A stretch of DNA of 64,000 nt, taken from contig QPMI01000266.1 of the NCBI GenBank assembly GCA_004431415.1, positions 1 to 64,000 of the forward strand, read 5' to 3'. The position numbers and the translations under genes are program-made. Each line of letters starts with the position of its first letter. Within the stretch, counting starts at the first letter, position 1. Below, piece after piece: positions 24,091-35,594 of this stretch. The stretch is from Cyanophora paradoxa CCMP329 (lineage: Eukaryota > Plantae > Glaucophyta). Under the pieces are notes generated by a model, which made no database searches, was not told where the DNA came from, and was given only the letters and a program-made list of their open reading frames with translations.

Positions 24091-24108
24091 ATATTTATTT
24101 AATTTAAA

Positions 24109-25713
<1,605 letters not shown>

Positions 25714-25770
25714 TTATATATATAACAATATTTTCATATTGTTAATTATAATGTTTTTCATTATAATTTT

Positions 25771-25845
25771 TCAGGGTGGAAGGATTTGAACCTTCGACCT
25801 TCTGTACCCAAAACAGTTACGCTAACCAAACTGCGCTACACCCCG
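25771..25845 (-). tRNA. trnP: tRNA-Pro(UGG)
   Basis: CTGT-TT-TGG-GT-ACAG. Confidence 0.93.
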
Positions 25846-25932
25846 ATATTTAGATAAAATGATAATATTTTTTTATTATACTAAGATTATACTGGCAATA
25901 TTATTATATGATTATAATACTATTTAAATTTG

Positions 25933-27459
25933 TTAAATTGACATGATTATAATATCTAATAGAACATTAGGGCATAAAAAGAAAAAAAGTATAAATAATA
26001 AAATTAATCCTAATATTAATGATTTTTCACGATCTATATCTAATAGAATTGAATAATTATTTATTTTTTCAAAATACATGCTTTTTATCACGCGCAAATA
26101 ATAAAAACAAGAAACGGCACTAGTTAGTATTCCTACAAGTGATAAAAAATATTTTTCTTGTGTTATTGCTGCAATAAAAATATATAATTTTGCAAAAAAT
26201 CCAGCTAAGGGCGGTATACCAGCCATTGATAATAGGATAAGTGTTAAACTTAAAGCTAATATAGGATTAATAATATTTAAGGCTTTTATATCTGTAATGT
26301 ATTTAAGTAAAGTTACTCCAAAAGTTTTACGTAATGAAAGTAATATTAAAAAAAAAGCAATAGATGTTGTTATATAAACTATAATATACAAAATTGTTGC
26401 TTGAAAACCTTCTAAACCATAAACAATTAAATACAATCCAATTAATATATAGCCGATATTAGTAATTGTACTATATGCTGCAAGTCTTTTTAGTCGTTTT
26501 TGATATAAAGCTCCAAATGAGCCAATAATTAAAGATAGTATAGCAGTTATAAAAAAAATGTTAGAATTTATATCTAAATTAAACAATATCGGAAAAAAAG
26601 GTATTGTTATTAATTTTATTAAAAAAAAAATACTGCCTATTTTTGAAGCAGTAGATAAATACGCTGTAATAGATGTGGGTGATCCTTCGTAAACATCCGG
26701 TGCCCATATATGGAATGGTGCTGCATTTATTTTAAATAAAAAACCAATAATAATTAAAATATTTGCGAATAATAAACCTGATAATTCATAAGTATCATGT
26801 GTAATTATGTTATTATTTCGAAATTCAAAAAAATATATTGAAAAAAAAACGTTTATTTTATCAAAATATAATGTACCCGAAATTCCATAAATTAAGCTTA
26901 ATCCAAATAGCAAAATACCTGAGGAAAAAGCACTTAAAATCAAATATTTAATACTTGCTTCTAAACTTTTTTCAGAATTTCTTTTTATAGCTATTAAAAT
27001 ATACATAGCTAATGTTTGTAGTTCTAATGCCATATAAGCGGAAAATAAATTAAAGGAATTAATTAATAAAATAGAAGCAATAATAACAAAACTCAATAAT
27101 ACCACATATTCATATTGATTAATTTTTTCATTTTTTACATAATTAAGAGAAGAAAATAAAACAATAATTGAAATTATAAACAAAAAAATTTTAGTAAATG
27201 TATAAAACCCATTTAGTTGTAAAACTTTATCAAATAAAAAAATATTTTGTAAATTTATACTATCTATAAGTAATAATATATATATGCTTGCGCTTAAAAT
27301 TAAAAGCCATATTGCATTTTTAATTAAAATGGGTTGTTTAGTACTAGAAGATAAATTATACCAAAAAAGGCCAAAAACCAGAAGTATTAAAATATTTATA
27401 CAAAAATAGAATTCAGGTATAAAATATATAAAATGATTGTAATGAAATAAATATGACAT
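25933..27459 (-). CDS. nad2: NADH dehydrogenase subunit 2
   Basis: LELQ, EASIKY, APFHIWAPDVYEGSPT, SMAGIPPLAGF. Confidence 0.97.
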   Translation of the reverse strand: MSYLFHYNHFIYFIPEFYFCINILILLVFGLFWYNLSSSTKQPILIKNAIWLLILSASIYILLLIDSINLQNIFLFDKVLQLNGFYTFTKIFLFIISIIVLFSSLNYVKNEKINQYEYVVLLSFVIIASILLINSFNLFSAYMALELQTLAMYILIAIKRNSEKSLEASIKYLILSAFSSGILLFGLSLIYGISGTLYFDKINVFFSIYFFEFRNNNIITHDTYELSGLLFANILIIIGFLFKINAAPFHIWAPDVYEGSPTSITAYLSTASKIGSIFFLIKLITIPFFPILFNLDINSNIFFITAILSLIIGSFGALYQKRLKRLAAYSTITNIGYILIGLYLIVYGLEGFQATILYIIVYITTSIAFFLILLSLRKTFGVTLLKYITDIKALNIINPILALSLTLILLSMAGIPPLAGFFAKLYIFIAAITQEKYFLSLVGILTSAVSCFYYLRVIKSMYFEKINNYSILLDIDREKSLILGLILLFILFFFLCPNVLLDIIIMSI

Positions 27460-27507
27460 ATAGAGTTTTCAGTATTAATATAATAAAATATTAAATAATA
27501 AAATATA

Positions 27508-27579
27508 AGGCTAAAAAAGGAATTGAACCTTTATTCTAAAATTTGCAATTTTATACATTACCAATTATGTTATTTAGCC
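27508..27579 (-). tRNA. trnC: tRNA-Cys(GCA)
   Basis: TAAAA-TT-GCA-AA-TTTTA. Confidence 0.9.
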
Positions 27580-27669
27580 GGAATATTATAGATTTATATT
27601 AATACTTATATATAAAATGTTATGTTTTTGTATACTGTATATAATTAAAATACTAATTCTTATTTTTAT

Positions 27670-27741
27670 TGGGATATAGCCAAGTGGTAAGGCTACGGAT
27701 TTTGAATTCGTTATTCAAAGGTTCGAATCCTTTTATCCCAT
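27670..27741 (+). tRNA. trnQ: tRNA-Gln(UUG)
   Basis: ACGGA-TT-TTG-AA-TTCGT. Confidence 0.92.
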
Positions 27742-27777
27742 TTCTAATTTTGTTATATTAAAAAATTCATAATAAAA

Positions 27778-27851
27778 ATGCTTGTAGCTCAACAGGATAG
27801 AGCAACAGATTACGAAATTGGAGGTTGAGAGTTCAAATCTTTCCAAGCATG
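27778..27851 (+). tRNA. trnR: tRNA-Arg(ACG), weak anticodon stem
   Basis: ATGCTTG/CAAGCAT acceptor, TTACGAA loop. Confidence 0.82.
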
Positions 27852-27971
27852 CTTCTATTTAAAACACGTATATATATAATAAAATTTTTTGTACTTAATT
27901 ATTTATTATATAATTAAATATTTGAATATAAAAATAATTATATATTATATAATTTATTAAAAATCGAATCA

Positions 27972-29423
27972 ATGAATATTCTTGCATCTTTAATTTTAAC
28001 CCCAATTATTGGTAGTATATTAATTTTTTTTCTGAAATCTCAAAGAAATATAAAGATTGTTGGTATTACAACAACACTAATTACATTATTTTTATCAATT
28101 ATTTTATGGATTATTTTTAATAATTTATTTATTTATCCACAGCATGTAATAACAATAAATTGGATACCTATTGAGAATTTTCAGCCAAAACTTGGAGTTG
28201 ATGGAATATCTCTTTTTTTTATTATTTTAAGTACAGCGATTATACCAATTTGTTTAATGGCTAGTTTACAAGGAATAAAAAAACAACTTCGAGAATTTTT
28301 TATATGTTTTTTGTTATTAGAGAGTTTATTAATTCTTGTATTTTCTTCTTTTGATTTATTTTTATTTTATTTATTTTTTGAAGGTGTATTAATACCGATG
28401 TTCTTAATAATAGGAGTATGGGGTTCCAGAGAAAGAAAAATTCGTGCTGGTTATTATTTTTTCTTATATACTTTAATAGGTTCTGTTTTAATGTTATTGG
28501 GTATTATTTGGATTTATTATAAAACAGGTACGACGGATTTAACAATATTGTATCAAATAAAATTTGATGAAACAGAGCAGTTATTATTATGGCTAGCTTT
28601 TTTTTCTTCTTTTGCTGTTAAAGTTCCTATGATTCCTTTCCACATATGGTTGCCAGAAGCCCATGTTGAATCTCCTACAGCTGGGTCTTTAATGTTAGCT
28701 GGTGTACTTTTAAAATTAGGAACATATGGATTTTTACGTTTTTCTATACCATTATTTCCAATGGCTAGTATCTATTTTACCCCTCTTATATATACTATGA
28801 GTTTAATTGGAATTATTTACGGATCTCTAACCACATTACGACAAATTGATTTAAAAAAAATAATTGCATATTCATCGGTTGCCCATATGAGTTTTGTCAC
28901 TTTAGGTTTATTTGGATTAAATGTACAGTCAATTGAAGGTTCTATAATGTTAATGATAAGTCATGGTATTGTTAGTCCTGCTTTATTTTTGCTTGTTGGT
29001 ATTTTATATGATCGTTATCATACCCGTTTATTGTACTATTATAGTGGATTAGTTCATATTATGCCTATATTTGCATTATTTTTTGTTTTTTTTACAATGG
29101 CAAATATAAGTTTACCGGGTACAAGCAGTTTTGTTGGGGAATTTTTAAGTTTACTTGGTGTATATCAGAATAATAATTCTGTTGCTATTATTGCAACTTT
29201 AGGAATTATTTTGGGTGCAGCATATGCATTATGGTTATGTAATAGAATAATTTTTGGCGTGATAAAAATTGATTATATAGGGTATATTGGCGATATTACA
29301 AAACGTGAATTTATTTTGTTGTTGATATTATCATTAGCTACTATATTTATTGGTATTTATCCAAATATTTTTTTTTCATCAATGCATGTAAGTGTTAGTT
29401 ATTTAATAACACAGTTATTTTAA
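27972..29423 (+). CDS. nad4: NADH dehydrogenase subunit 4
   Basis: FFEGVLIPMF, HIWLPEAHVESPTAGS, IIAYSSVAHM. Confidence 0.98.
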   Translation: MNILASLILTPIIGSILIFFLKSQRNIKIVGITTTLITLFLSIILWIIFNNLFIYPQHVITINWIPIENFQPKLGVDGISLFFIILSTAIIPICLMASLQGIKKQLREFFICFLLLESLLILVFSSFDLFLFYLFFEGVLIPMFLIIGVWGSRERKIRAGYYFFLYTLIGSVLMLLGIIWIYYKTGTTDLTILYQIKFDETEQLLLWLAFFSSFAVKVPMIPFHIWLPEAHVESPTAGSLMLAGVLLKLGTYGFLRFSIPLFPMASIYFTPLIYTMSLIGIIYGSLTTLRQIDLKKIIAYSSVAHMSFVTLGLFGLNVQSIEGSIMLMISHGIVSPALFLLVGILYDRYHTRLLYYYSGLVHIMPIFALFFVFFTMANISLPGTSSFVGEFLSLLGVYQNNNSVAIIATLGIILGAAYALWLCNRIIFGVIKIDYIGYIGDITKREFILLLILSLATIFIGIYPNIFFSSMHVSVSYLITQLF

Positions 29424-29449
29424 AGTAAAATATCTTCATTAAATTATAA

Positions 29450-29530
29450 ACAGGTATGATGAAATTGGTAGACATGTTTGATTTAGGCTCAAGTGGTTAA
29501 ACCATGCAGGTTCGAGTCCTGCTACCTGTA
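29450..29530 (+). tRNA. trnL: tRNA-Leu(UAG)
   Basis: TTTGA-TT-TAG-GC-TCAAG, long variable arm. Confidence 0.9.
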
Positions 29531-29622
29531 GTTTGTTTTATTATTTTCAATTTATAAATTATAATAAATTTAATTGTTTTTAATTTTTAGGATCAAATAG
29601 TAACAAGACATATATATATATA

Positions 29623-31065
29623 ATGGGCGCACTAACTTCAAAACCATATGCCTTTATGGCAAGACCTTGGGAATTAACTAGTATTGAAACAATTGATGTT
29701 CTAGATTCAGCATGTTCTGCTATTCGTGTTGATTATAAAGGTAATTTTATAATGCGTATTTTACCTAATCTTAACAATTTAATCGATCAAAATTTTATTT
29801 CTGATAAGACAAGATTTTCCCATGATGGAATAAAATTGCAACGAATTTTAACACCTTTGTTAAAAGAAAATGATACATATCATAATATTAATTGGGAAAA
29901 TGCTTTTGCATTATTAAGAAAAAAAATAAATCAAGAAAATAAATTGAAAATATCTGGAATTGCCGGAAGATTGGTTGATTTGGAATCCTCTATTGCTCTA
30001 AAAAAATTAATAAATTCGTTTGGATCAAATAACTGTTTTAATTCAGAGAATATTAAATTAAATTGTGATTTCAAAACAAATTATATTTTTAATAATAATT
30101 TATTAAATAATACTACAGATTTTTGTTTACTAATTGGTTTAAATTCACGTTTGGAAATACCAACAGTAAATATAAAATTACGTCATTTATTTTATAGTAA
30201 AAATCTACATATTTCAGTAATTGGTTCAAAAATAAATTTGTCCTACCCAGTAGAACAACAGAGTATAAATGCTGTTACGCTTATAAAAATACTTGAAGGT
30301 AAACATTGTTTATGTCATAAAATTGTTAAATCAAAGAATCCTTTGATTCTTATAGGATCAAGTTATTTTCAAAGATCTGATTTTTTTTCACTGAATAATT
30401 TTTTACAATGGTTTAATTATAAAATAAATACTCTAAATATAAATTTAAATATTCAAATAGTTTTAAACGCGGCCAGCAATCCTGGTTTTTTTGATATAGG
30501 GTTCAATCAATTGGATAATTATGCTATAAATAATTCAAAATTAATTTATTTACTTGGTGTTGACGAGTTAACTACATTAAGATATTTAAAAAAAAATATA
30601 CAAAATACATTTGTTATTTATCAAGGTCATCATGGGGATAGTGGTGCAAAAATTTCAAATTTAATTTTCCCATCTTACAGTTATTTAGAAAAAGATTCAA
30701 CCTATATGAATTTAAATGGTAAAATTCGTCAAACAAAAAAAATAATAACACCAGTTTCGACTTATTCTCGTGAAGATTGGAAAATTATTGTTGCTTTAAG
30801 TCAGTATTTAAATTCACCAAATTTTTTCAATTTTGATTTAACTGAATTAAAAAATAATATAAATATTTTAAAAAATTATAATTTTTATAATTTAAAAAAT
30901 TTTTATACTATTAATTCACCAATTTTGCAACGTAGCTTGAAAATCTATAATAAAACATTTCATTACCCATTATATAATTTTTATACAACAGATGCAATAA
31001 CGCGTGCTTCAAAAACAATGATTAAATGTGATAAAATAATTAAAAAATATTTTAATTTTATATAA
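29623..31065 (+). CDS. nad11: NADH dehydrogenase subunit 11, C-terminal part only (no Fe-S domain)
   Basis: Starts MGALTSKPYAFMARPWEL; ISDKTRF, YQGHHGD, REDWKI, FYTTDAITRASKTM. Confidence 0.93.
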   Translation: MGALTSKPYAFMARPWELTSIETIDVLDSACSAIRVDYKGNFIMRILPNLNNLIDQNFISDKTRFSHDGIKLQRILTPLLKENDTYHNINWENAFALLRKKINQENKLKISGIAGRLVDLESSIALKKLINSFGSNNCFNSENIKLNCDFKTNYIFNNNLLNNTTDFCLLIGLNSRLEIPTVNIKLRHLFYSKNLHISVIGSKINLSYPVEQQSINAVTLIKILEGKHCLCHKIVKSKNPLILIGSSYFQRSDFFSLNNFLQWFNYKINTLNINLNIQIVLNAASNPGFFDIGFNQLDNYAINNSKLIYLLGVDELTTLRYLKKNIQNTFVIYQGHHGDSGAKISNLIFPSYSYLEKDSTYMNLNGKIRQTKKIITPVSTYSREDWKIIVALSQYLNSPNFFNFDLTELKNNINILKNYNFYNLKNFYTINSPILQRSLKIYNKTFHYPLYNFYTTDAITRASKTMIKCDKIIKKYFNFI

Positions 31066-31149
31066 AATAATTTAATTTATCAATATGTTTTAAATATATT
31101 ATTTAATACAAATAAGCTAAGCTGAACAAATTTTTTTTTATTTGAAGAT

Positions 31150-31839
31150 ATGCAATTTTTAGTATTATTTTTAATATTTATATTCAACATTATTAAATAT
31201 CAAATGTTTAATAAATATTTAAAAATATTGAACTCTATTAAACTACAGAAAATGAATATATTTAATCACTTCCTATTTTATTATATGTTATCTTTTATTG
31301 GACAAAGCATAACACAAGTATCTGAGGATTTAGGAATAGAACGCAAAAGATGTTATTTAGCGTTTGTACGCGGGGACCTTAATGTATGGAAAAAACGACT
31401 GGAATTGTTATCTTCGGAGGAAATTGAAAAACTTCGAAAACAAATTCGTTATGAATTTGCAAAATATACATCAAATACACTACAAGACCTCTTTTTGATT
31501 GACTTTGATATGATAAATGCAAATTATTATTTATCGATGGATTATAGCAATCTGGTCTGGCTTCAAACGGCTGTTGGAATATTTAGATGGTTTGTATTAA
31601 CTCGTGATCAATTTACCACGTTAAATGAGGATTTCTATTGTTTATGTTTTTGTTTAGAAATTAATGGCTATATTCCTGGAGATCATCTCAAATTATTAGA
31701 AAAAGCTATCACTCACGTGTTTAGAGAGCGATACCCTAACGAATATTTTGAAATGAATACACTAGATATGGGTTTTTTAACATGGGATGAATACAATGAG
31801 ATTATCGCTAATGCGCTAAATCAATTTGATGACGAGTAA
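31150..31839 (+). CDS. Orphan ORF229, family A
   Basis: Open 229 aa; paralog of the ORF between nad7 and cox2. Confidence 0.75.
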   Translation: MQFLVLFLIFIFNIIKYQMFNKYLKILNSIKLQKMNIFNHFLFYYMLSFIGQSITQVSEDLGIERKRCYLAFVRGDLNVWKKRLELLSSEEIEKLRKQIRYEFAKYTSNTLQDLFLIDFDMINANYYLSMDYSNLVWLQTAVGIFRWFVLTRDQFTTLNEDFYCLCFCLEINGYIPGDHLKLLEKAITHVFRERYPNEYFEMNTLDMGFLTWDEYNEIIANALNQFDDE

Positions 31840-31939
31840 TAAAATAACCCCCAGCTTTAAGATAAAGGGATTTTTTTAAAATTTCCAAGTATGTTGCAAA
31901 TCTATTTTCAGAACCCCATAACTCCTATAATCATATAAT

Positions 31940-32152
31940 TTATTAATTAATATTGAATTAATGCTTTTAGTAATTTATTTATATTTTGTTATATTTTTAG
32001 TTTTTATTGATGATATTGTTGGAGAAATAAGTGCATTAATTATTTTAACTATAGCGATGGCTGAATGAGCTGTCGAATTAGCATTACTTATTGTATACTA
32101 TAGAATAATAGGAGCGATTAGTATTAATAAAATAAATTTATTGCATAGATAA
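31940..32152 (+). pseudogene. nad4L: nad4L pseudogene
   Basis: IELMLL..FVIF...DDIVG...[24 protein letters not shown] with internal stop and no 5' end. Confidence 0.85.
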
Positions 32153-32167
32153 ATGTTAATTATTGGG

Positions 32168-32252
32168 GGAGGGGTGGCTGAGTGGTTTAAAGCGTTCGCT
32201 TGCTAAGCGAAAGAATGTCAAAATTCCGTAGGTTCAAATCCTATTCCCTCCT
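32168..32252 (+). tRNA. trnS: tRNA-Ser(GCU), second gene
   Basis: Intact cloverleaf with compensatory stem changes versus 56270..56354. Confidence 0.88.
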
Positions 32253-32289
32253 ATATAATAAATATTTTAATTTAAATAATTTAATTGTG

Positions 32290-32350
32290 TATATAATAGA
32301 TAATAATAATTTAAAAGCGTTAAATTAAATTTTGGGTTACAAAATTCCAC
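32290..32350 (+). pseudogene. nad7: Short 5' remnant of nad7
   Basis: AATAATAATTTAAAAGCGTTAAATTAAATTTTGG resembles nad7 [13 protein letters not shown] and lies after trnS as in the parental block. Confidence 0.45.
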
Positions 32351-32410
32351 CAACTTGAAAACAAATATTATTCTCGAATTAAATTGTTTATATAAATTAA
32401 TGATTTTTTA

Positions 32411-32760
32411 ATATTGTTAACCAAAATATTTGCAGATCATCCAAGCACATGGCAATTGTATTTTCAAGACTCAGCGACCCCTATTACGGAGGGTATTGTC
32501 AACTTACATAATGATTTAATGTTTTTTTTAATTGTTATCGCTATTTTTGTTATTTGAATGCTGATTAGAACTTTAATGTTATATATTAAATCAAATAATC
32601 CTATCGCTAATTATGTGGTGTCTGAAAAAGACTTAGAACTTGGGCAGCTAGGTTAGGATTATTTGAGGTAGACAACCGCGTTTTACTGTCAGTAATGTAA
32701 TATATTTGTGCAATTGTACCTGTTGCTGATTTTATATATAGTTGGGCAATACTATCATTG
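32411..32760 (+). pseudogene. cox2: cox2 pseudogene with internal deletion
   Basis: [27 protein letters not shown] joined to [17 protein letters not shown]; ATG lost, TGG changed to TGA. Confidence 0.9.
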
Positions 32761-32833
32761 TATACAAGAAAATTTTCGAATAATTCAATTTATGTTTTTT
32801 AAATAATAATAAATATATATAATTAAAAAAAAA

Positions 32834-34435
32834 ATGAATAAACTAAATATATTACATACAAATTTTTTTAATAATTCAGAATTAAGATTAATTAATTATT
32901 TAATATTTTCTCTATATAAATTGTATTTAATTAACAAGCAAATACCCCTATTTTTAGTAATATTTAGCTTGCTGAGCCGTTGTTTAAATACTTTAGTAGG
33001 TTTGGTGGACTCTTTTTTAAAAAAGATGATGGATTTGATAACATATTTGATTATTATTTTTTTAATTGTTTATATACTTACCAATTATTTACATATTCAT
33101 GATTGTATTGATTTTATTTTTATGAATATGATAATTAGGCTACAATTTATAATATCGGGAAATTCTATAAAAAATTATAAATTAACAAAGTCGTCTATAA
33201 AATTTTTGGATAAATCAAAATCAGTAATCATAAGTCATAATCAAAAAGTTTCAACACATAAATTTAAATTGTCAAAACGTTTTTTTCATTCAACCCCTTT
33301 AATATTATTCCCACCACGTCTTACAACTAGTTCTAGTTCAAAAATGTCTAGTCTAGTTTCAAAACAACCTGTAGTCATTCATTTTCGAAATGGTGATAAA
33401 AATCCAATAGAACTACAAAAAAAACAACTAAAGGTTATATTATCATTAAAAAATCCGGGAAATTTAGTAATAGAAAAGGGTGGGGTAGTTTCTTTTCAGC
33501 ATATTGAAGAAAATATCTCAATTAAAACTTTATTTAAAAGTAATCAATGTCTTTTTAATAAATTAAATATACAAGATGATACACAACTTATTAAATTTCT
33601 ACAAACCTTTTTGTCTCACTTAGAACATATTGACCCACAAGACTATAATAAAATGGTGTTATTAGGGGTTTCAAGTATGTATGATTCTAATTTTTACGAT
33701 CTTTTGCTTAAAGATCGAAAAAATTTACTCTTACCATTCCGTATTTTAAAAAAACATGCGAATTCAAATCTAGATCCACTATCTTTCAAAAAATTTCTTA
33801 AATTAGTTCATGACGCAGAGCGTGCTAATCCTCTTGCAAAGAAACTTATGGTCTTTTCGAAGGAGGAATGGTTAAAATTAAAATTTTTAAATTCAGAAAA
33901 AATACTGTGTTCAAATTTTCAAGATACTATATTATTATCTCAAATATATAACCAAGCTCAACCCATTTTAAAGAAATATAATATTCAAAATTTTGATCAA
34001 TTTAAAGATATTTTAAGCTCAGTTTTTTCGACTTGTACAGAAAAAAATATTGGATTAGAAGATTTTATAAAATATGGTAAATCAATATTTATATTAAATA
34101 AGTCTATAGGATTATCTATAGAAGCAATAGTGCAAGATTCAACAGGAATAGATACATTGACAAATACGGTATATTCACATAAGCTTACATGTCCAACTTT
34201 TAAGCCAGAAATAATGTTTCAATATACAAATATGATAAATCCAACAAAGCCAAAAAATTCCACAAATGAAAAACAACAAGCTATGTCAGATAAAAAACAA
34301 ACTATGGATCAAAAAGATACTGATTTCTTAACCAAAACTCTAGATTATATAAAAAAATCAAAAACGATACTTGCAGAAGTTCCACCTTCTATTAAAGCCG
34401 CTGTTTCTTATTATATAATGAAAAAGTTTTGGTAA
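32834..34435 (+). CDS. Orphan ORF533, family C, with cob-derived N-terminus
   Basis: NILHTNFFNNSELRLINYLIFS versus cob [22 protein letters not shown]. Confidence 0.8.
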   Translation: MNKLNILHTNFFNNSELRLINYLIFSLYKLYLINKQIPLFLVIFSLLSRCLNTLVGLVDSFLKKMMDLITYLIIIFLIVYILTNYLHIHDCIDFIFMNMIIRLQFIISGNSIKNYKLTKSSIKFLDKSKSVIISHNQKVSTHKFKLSKRFFHSTPLILFPPRLTTSSSSKMSSLVSKQPVVIHFRNGDKNPIELQKKQLKVILSLKNPGNLVIEKGGVVSFQHIEENISIKTLFKSNQCLFNKLNIQDDTQLIKFLQTFLSHLEHIDPQDYNKMVLLGVSSMYDSNFYDLLLKDRKNLLLPFRILKKHANSNLDPLSFKKFLKLVHDAERANPLAKKLMVFSKEEWLKLKFLNSEKILCSNFQDTILLSQIYNQAQPILKKYNIQNFDQFKDILSSVFSTCTEKNIGLEDFIKYGKSIFILNKSIGLSIEAIVQDSTGIDTLTNTVYSHKLTCPTFKPEIMFQYTNMINPTKPKNSTNEKQQAMSDKKQTMDQKDTDFLTKTLDYIKKSKTILAEVPPSIKAAVSYYIMKKFW

Positions 34436-34459
34436 ATTACTAACATAATATATAAATAA

Positions 34460-34622
34460 TTTTATGCTATATTAAGATCGATTCCAGATAAATTAGATGG
34501 TGTAATTGCCCTGTTCTCCGTAACTATTGTATTACTTTTACTTCCATATTTATATCCCGGAAATTGCATAATTCAATCTTTAGACAATTTTATAGAAAAG
34601 TTTTTTGGATTTTTTTTAATTT
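34460..34622 (+). pseudogene. cob: 3' cob remnant
   Basis: [26 protein letters not shown]. Confidence 0.88.
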
Positions 34623-34731
34623 ATTTACCTAATTAATGGGATAATCGAAAATTACCTATTCAAGAATTGTTGTGCAATAAATGATTATAGTTAATCAAAA
34701 AAATATATTAAATAAATAGTACTGGCAACTA

Positions 34732-34900
34732 ATGCTTTATCTTTTAACTATATTATTAATATTGTTTTTAATAAATTCAATTTAAAAAAAAGCATACCAA
34801 AAAAAATTAATAAAATTCTCTAAAAACATAATTCTTATTAGTAACATATTGCGGTTTATTTATTTATTTGTTATGCATTACATCACAAAAAAACTCATTT
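34732..34900 (+). pseudogene. 5' remnant of a family B ORF
   Basis: AYQKKLIKFSKNIILISNILRFI versus GYKKKLLKFSKNTLIIG at 57.6 kb; internal stop. Confidence 0.6.
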
Positions 34901-34954
34901 TTTTTTTATTAATAAAGATTAAAATATTTTGTAAGTTTAAAAAATTTATTTTTA

Positions 34955-35550
34955 ATGAAAATTAAATTACAAATGGAATTACAAAAATTTTCCCTAAAAC
35001 ATTTTTCTCAATTAATTACAAAAATTATCCCAAGATTAATAAAAGATGTCTTTATTATAAATAATGAGCTTATTTTAATTGTAGAAAATAATAATTTAAA
35101 TAGTACTCTTTTTTTTTGAAATATCACACATATACCCAATACAAAGTACTTTGTGATATAACCGCAGTAGATTTTCTAGATCGTATCGAACGTTTTGAAG
35201 TAGTTTATCAATTTCTAAGTGTTTCTTATGCATCAAGATTAAGAATTAAAGTAAATTTAAAAGAAACTGAACTAATAAACTCAATATCAATGTTGTATCC
35301 TTGTGCTAATTGGTATGAACGTGAAATTTGGGATTTATTTGGTATTTTTTTTATGAATCATCCAGACTTAAGAAGAATTTTAACAGATTATGGTTTTGAG
35401 GGGCATCCCTTAAAAAAAGATTTTCCTCTTAGTGGATATTTAGAGGTGCGTTATGATGATATCGTAAAACAAGTAATTTGTGAGCCTGTTGATATAACTC
35501 AAGAGTTTAGAAATTTCAATTTTTCCAGTCCTTGGGAAATAACACAATAA
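34955..35550 (+). CDS. nad9: NADH dehydrogenase subunit 9, copy 1 (1-nt loss in a T run)
   Basis: [33 protein letters not shown]. Confidence 0.92.
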
Positions 35551-35594
35551 AATTTTTTTATTATTAATTAAATAATTTAACAAATAAACTAAAT

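Noticed and set aside
31845-31860. Shared AATAACCCCC motif after ORF229 and at the edge of the GC island
   Set aside because: Only 10 nt and two instances; cannot be told from chance
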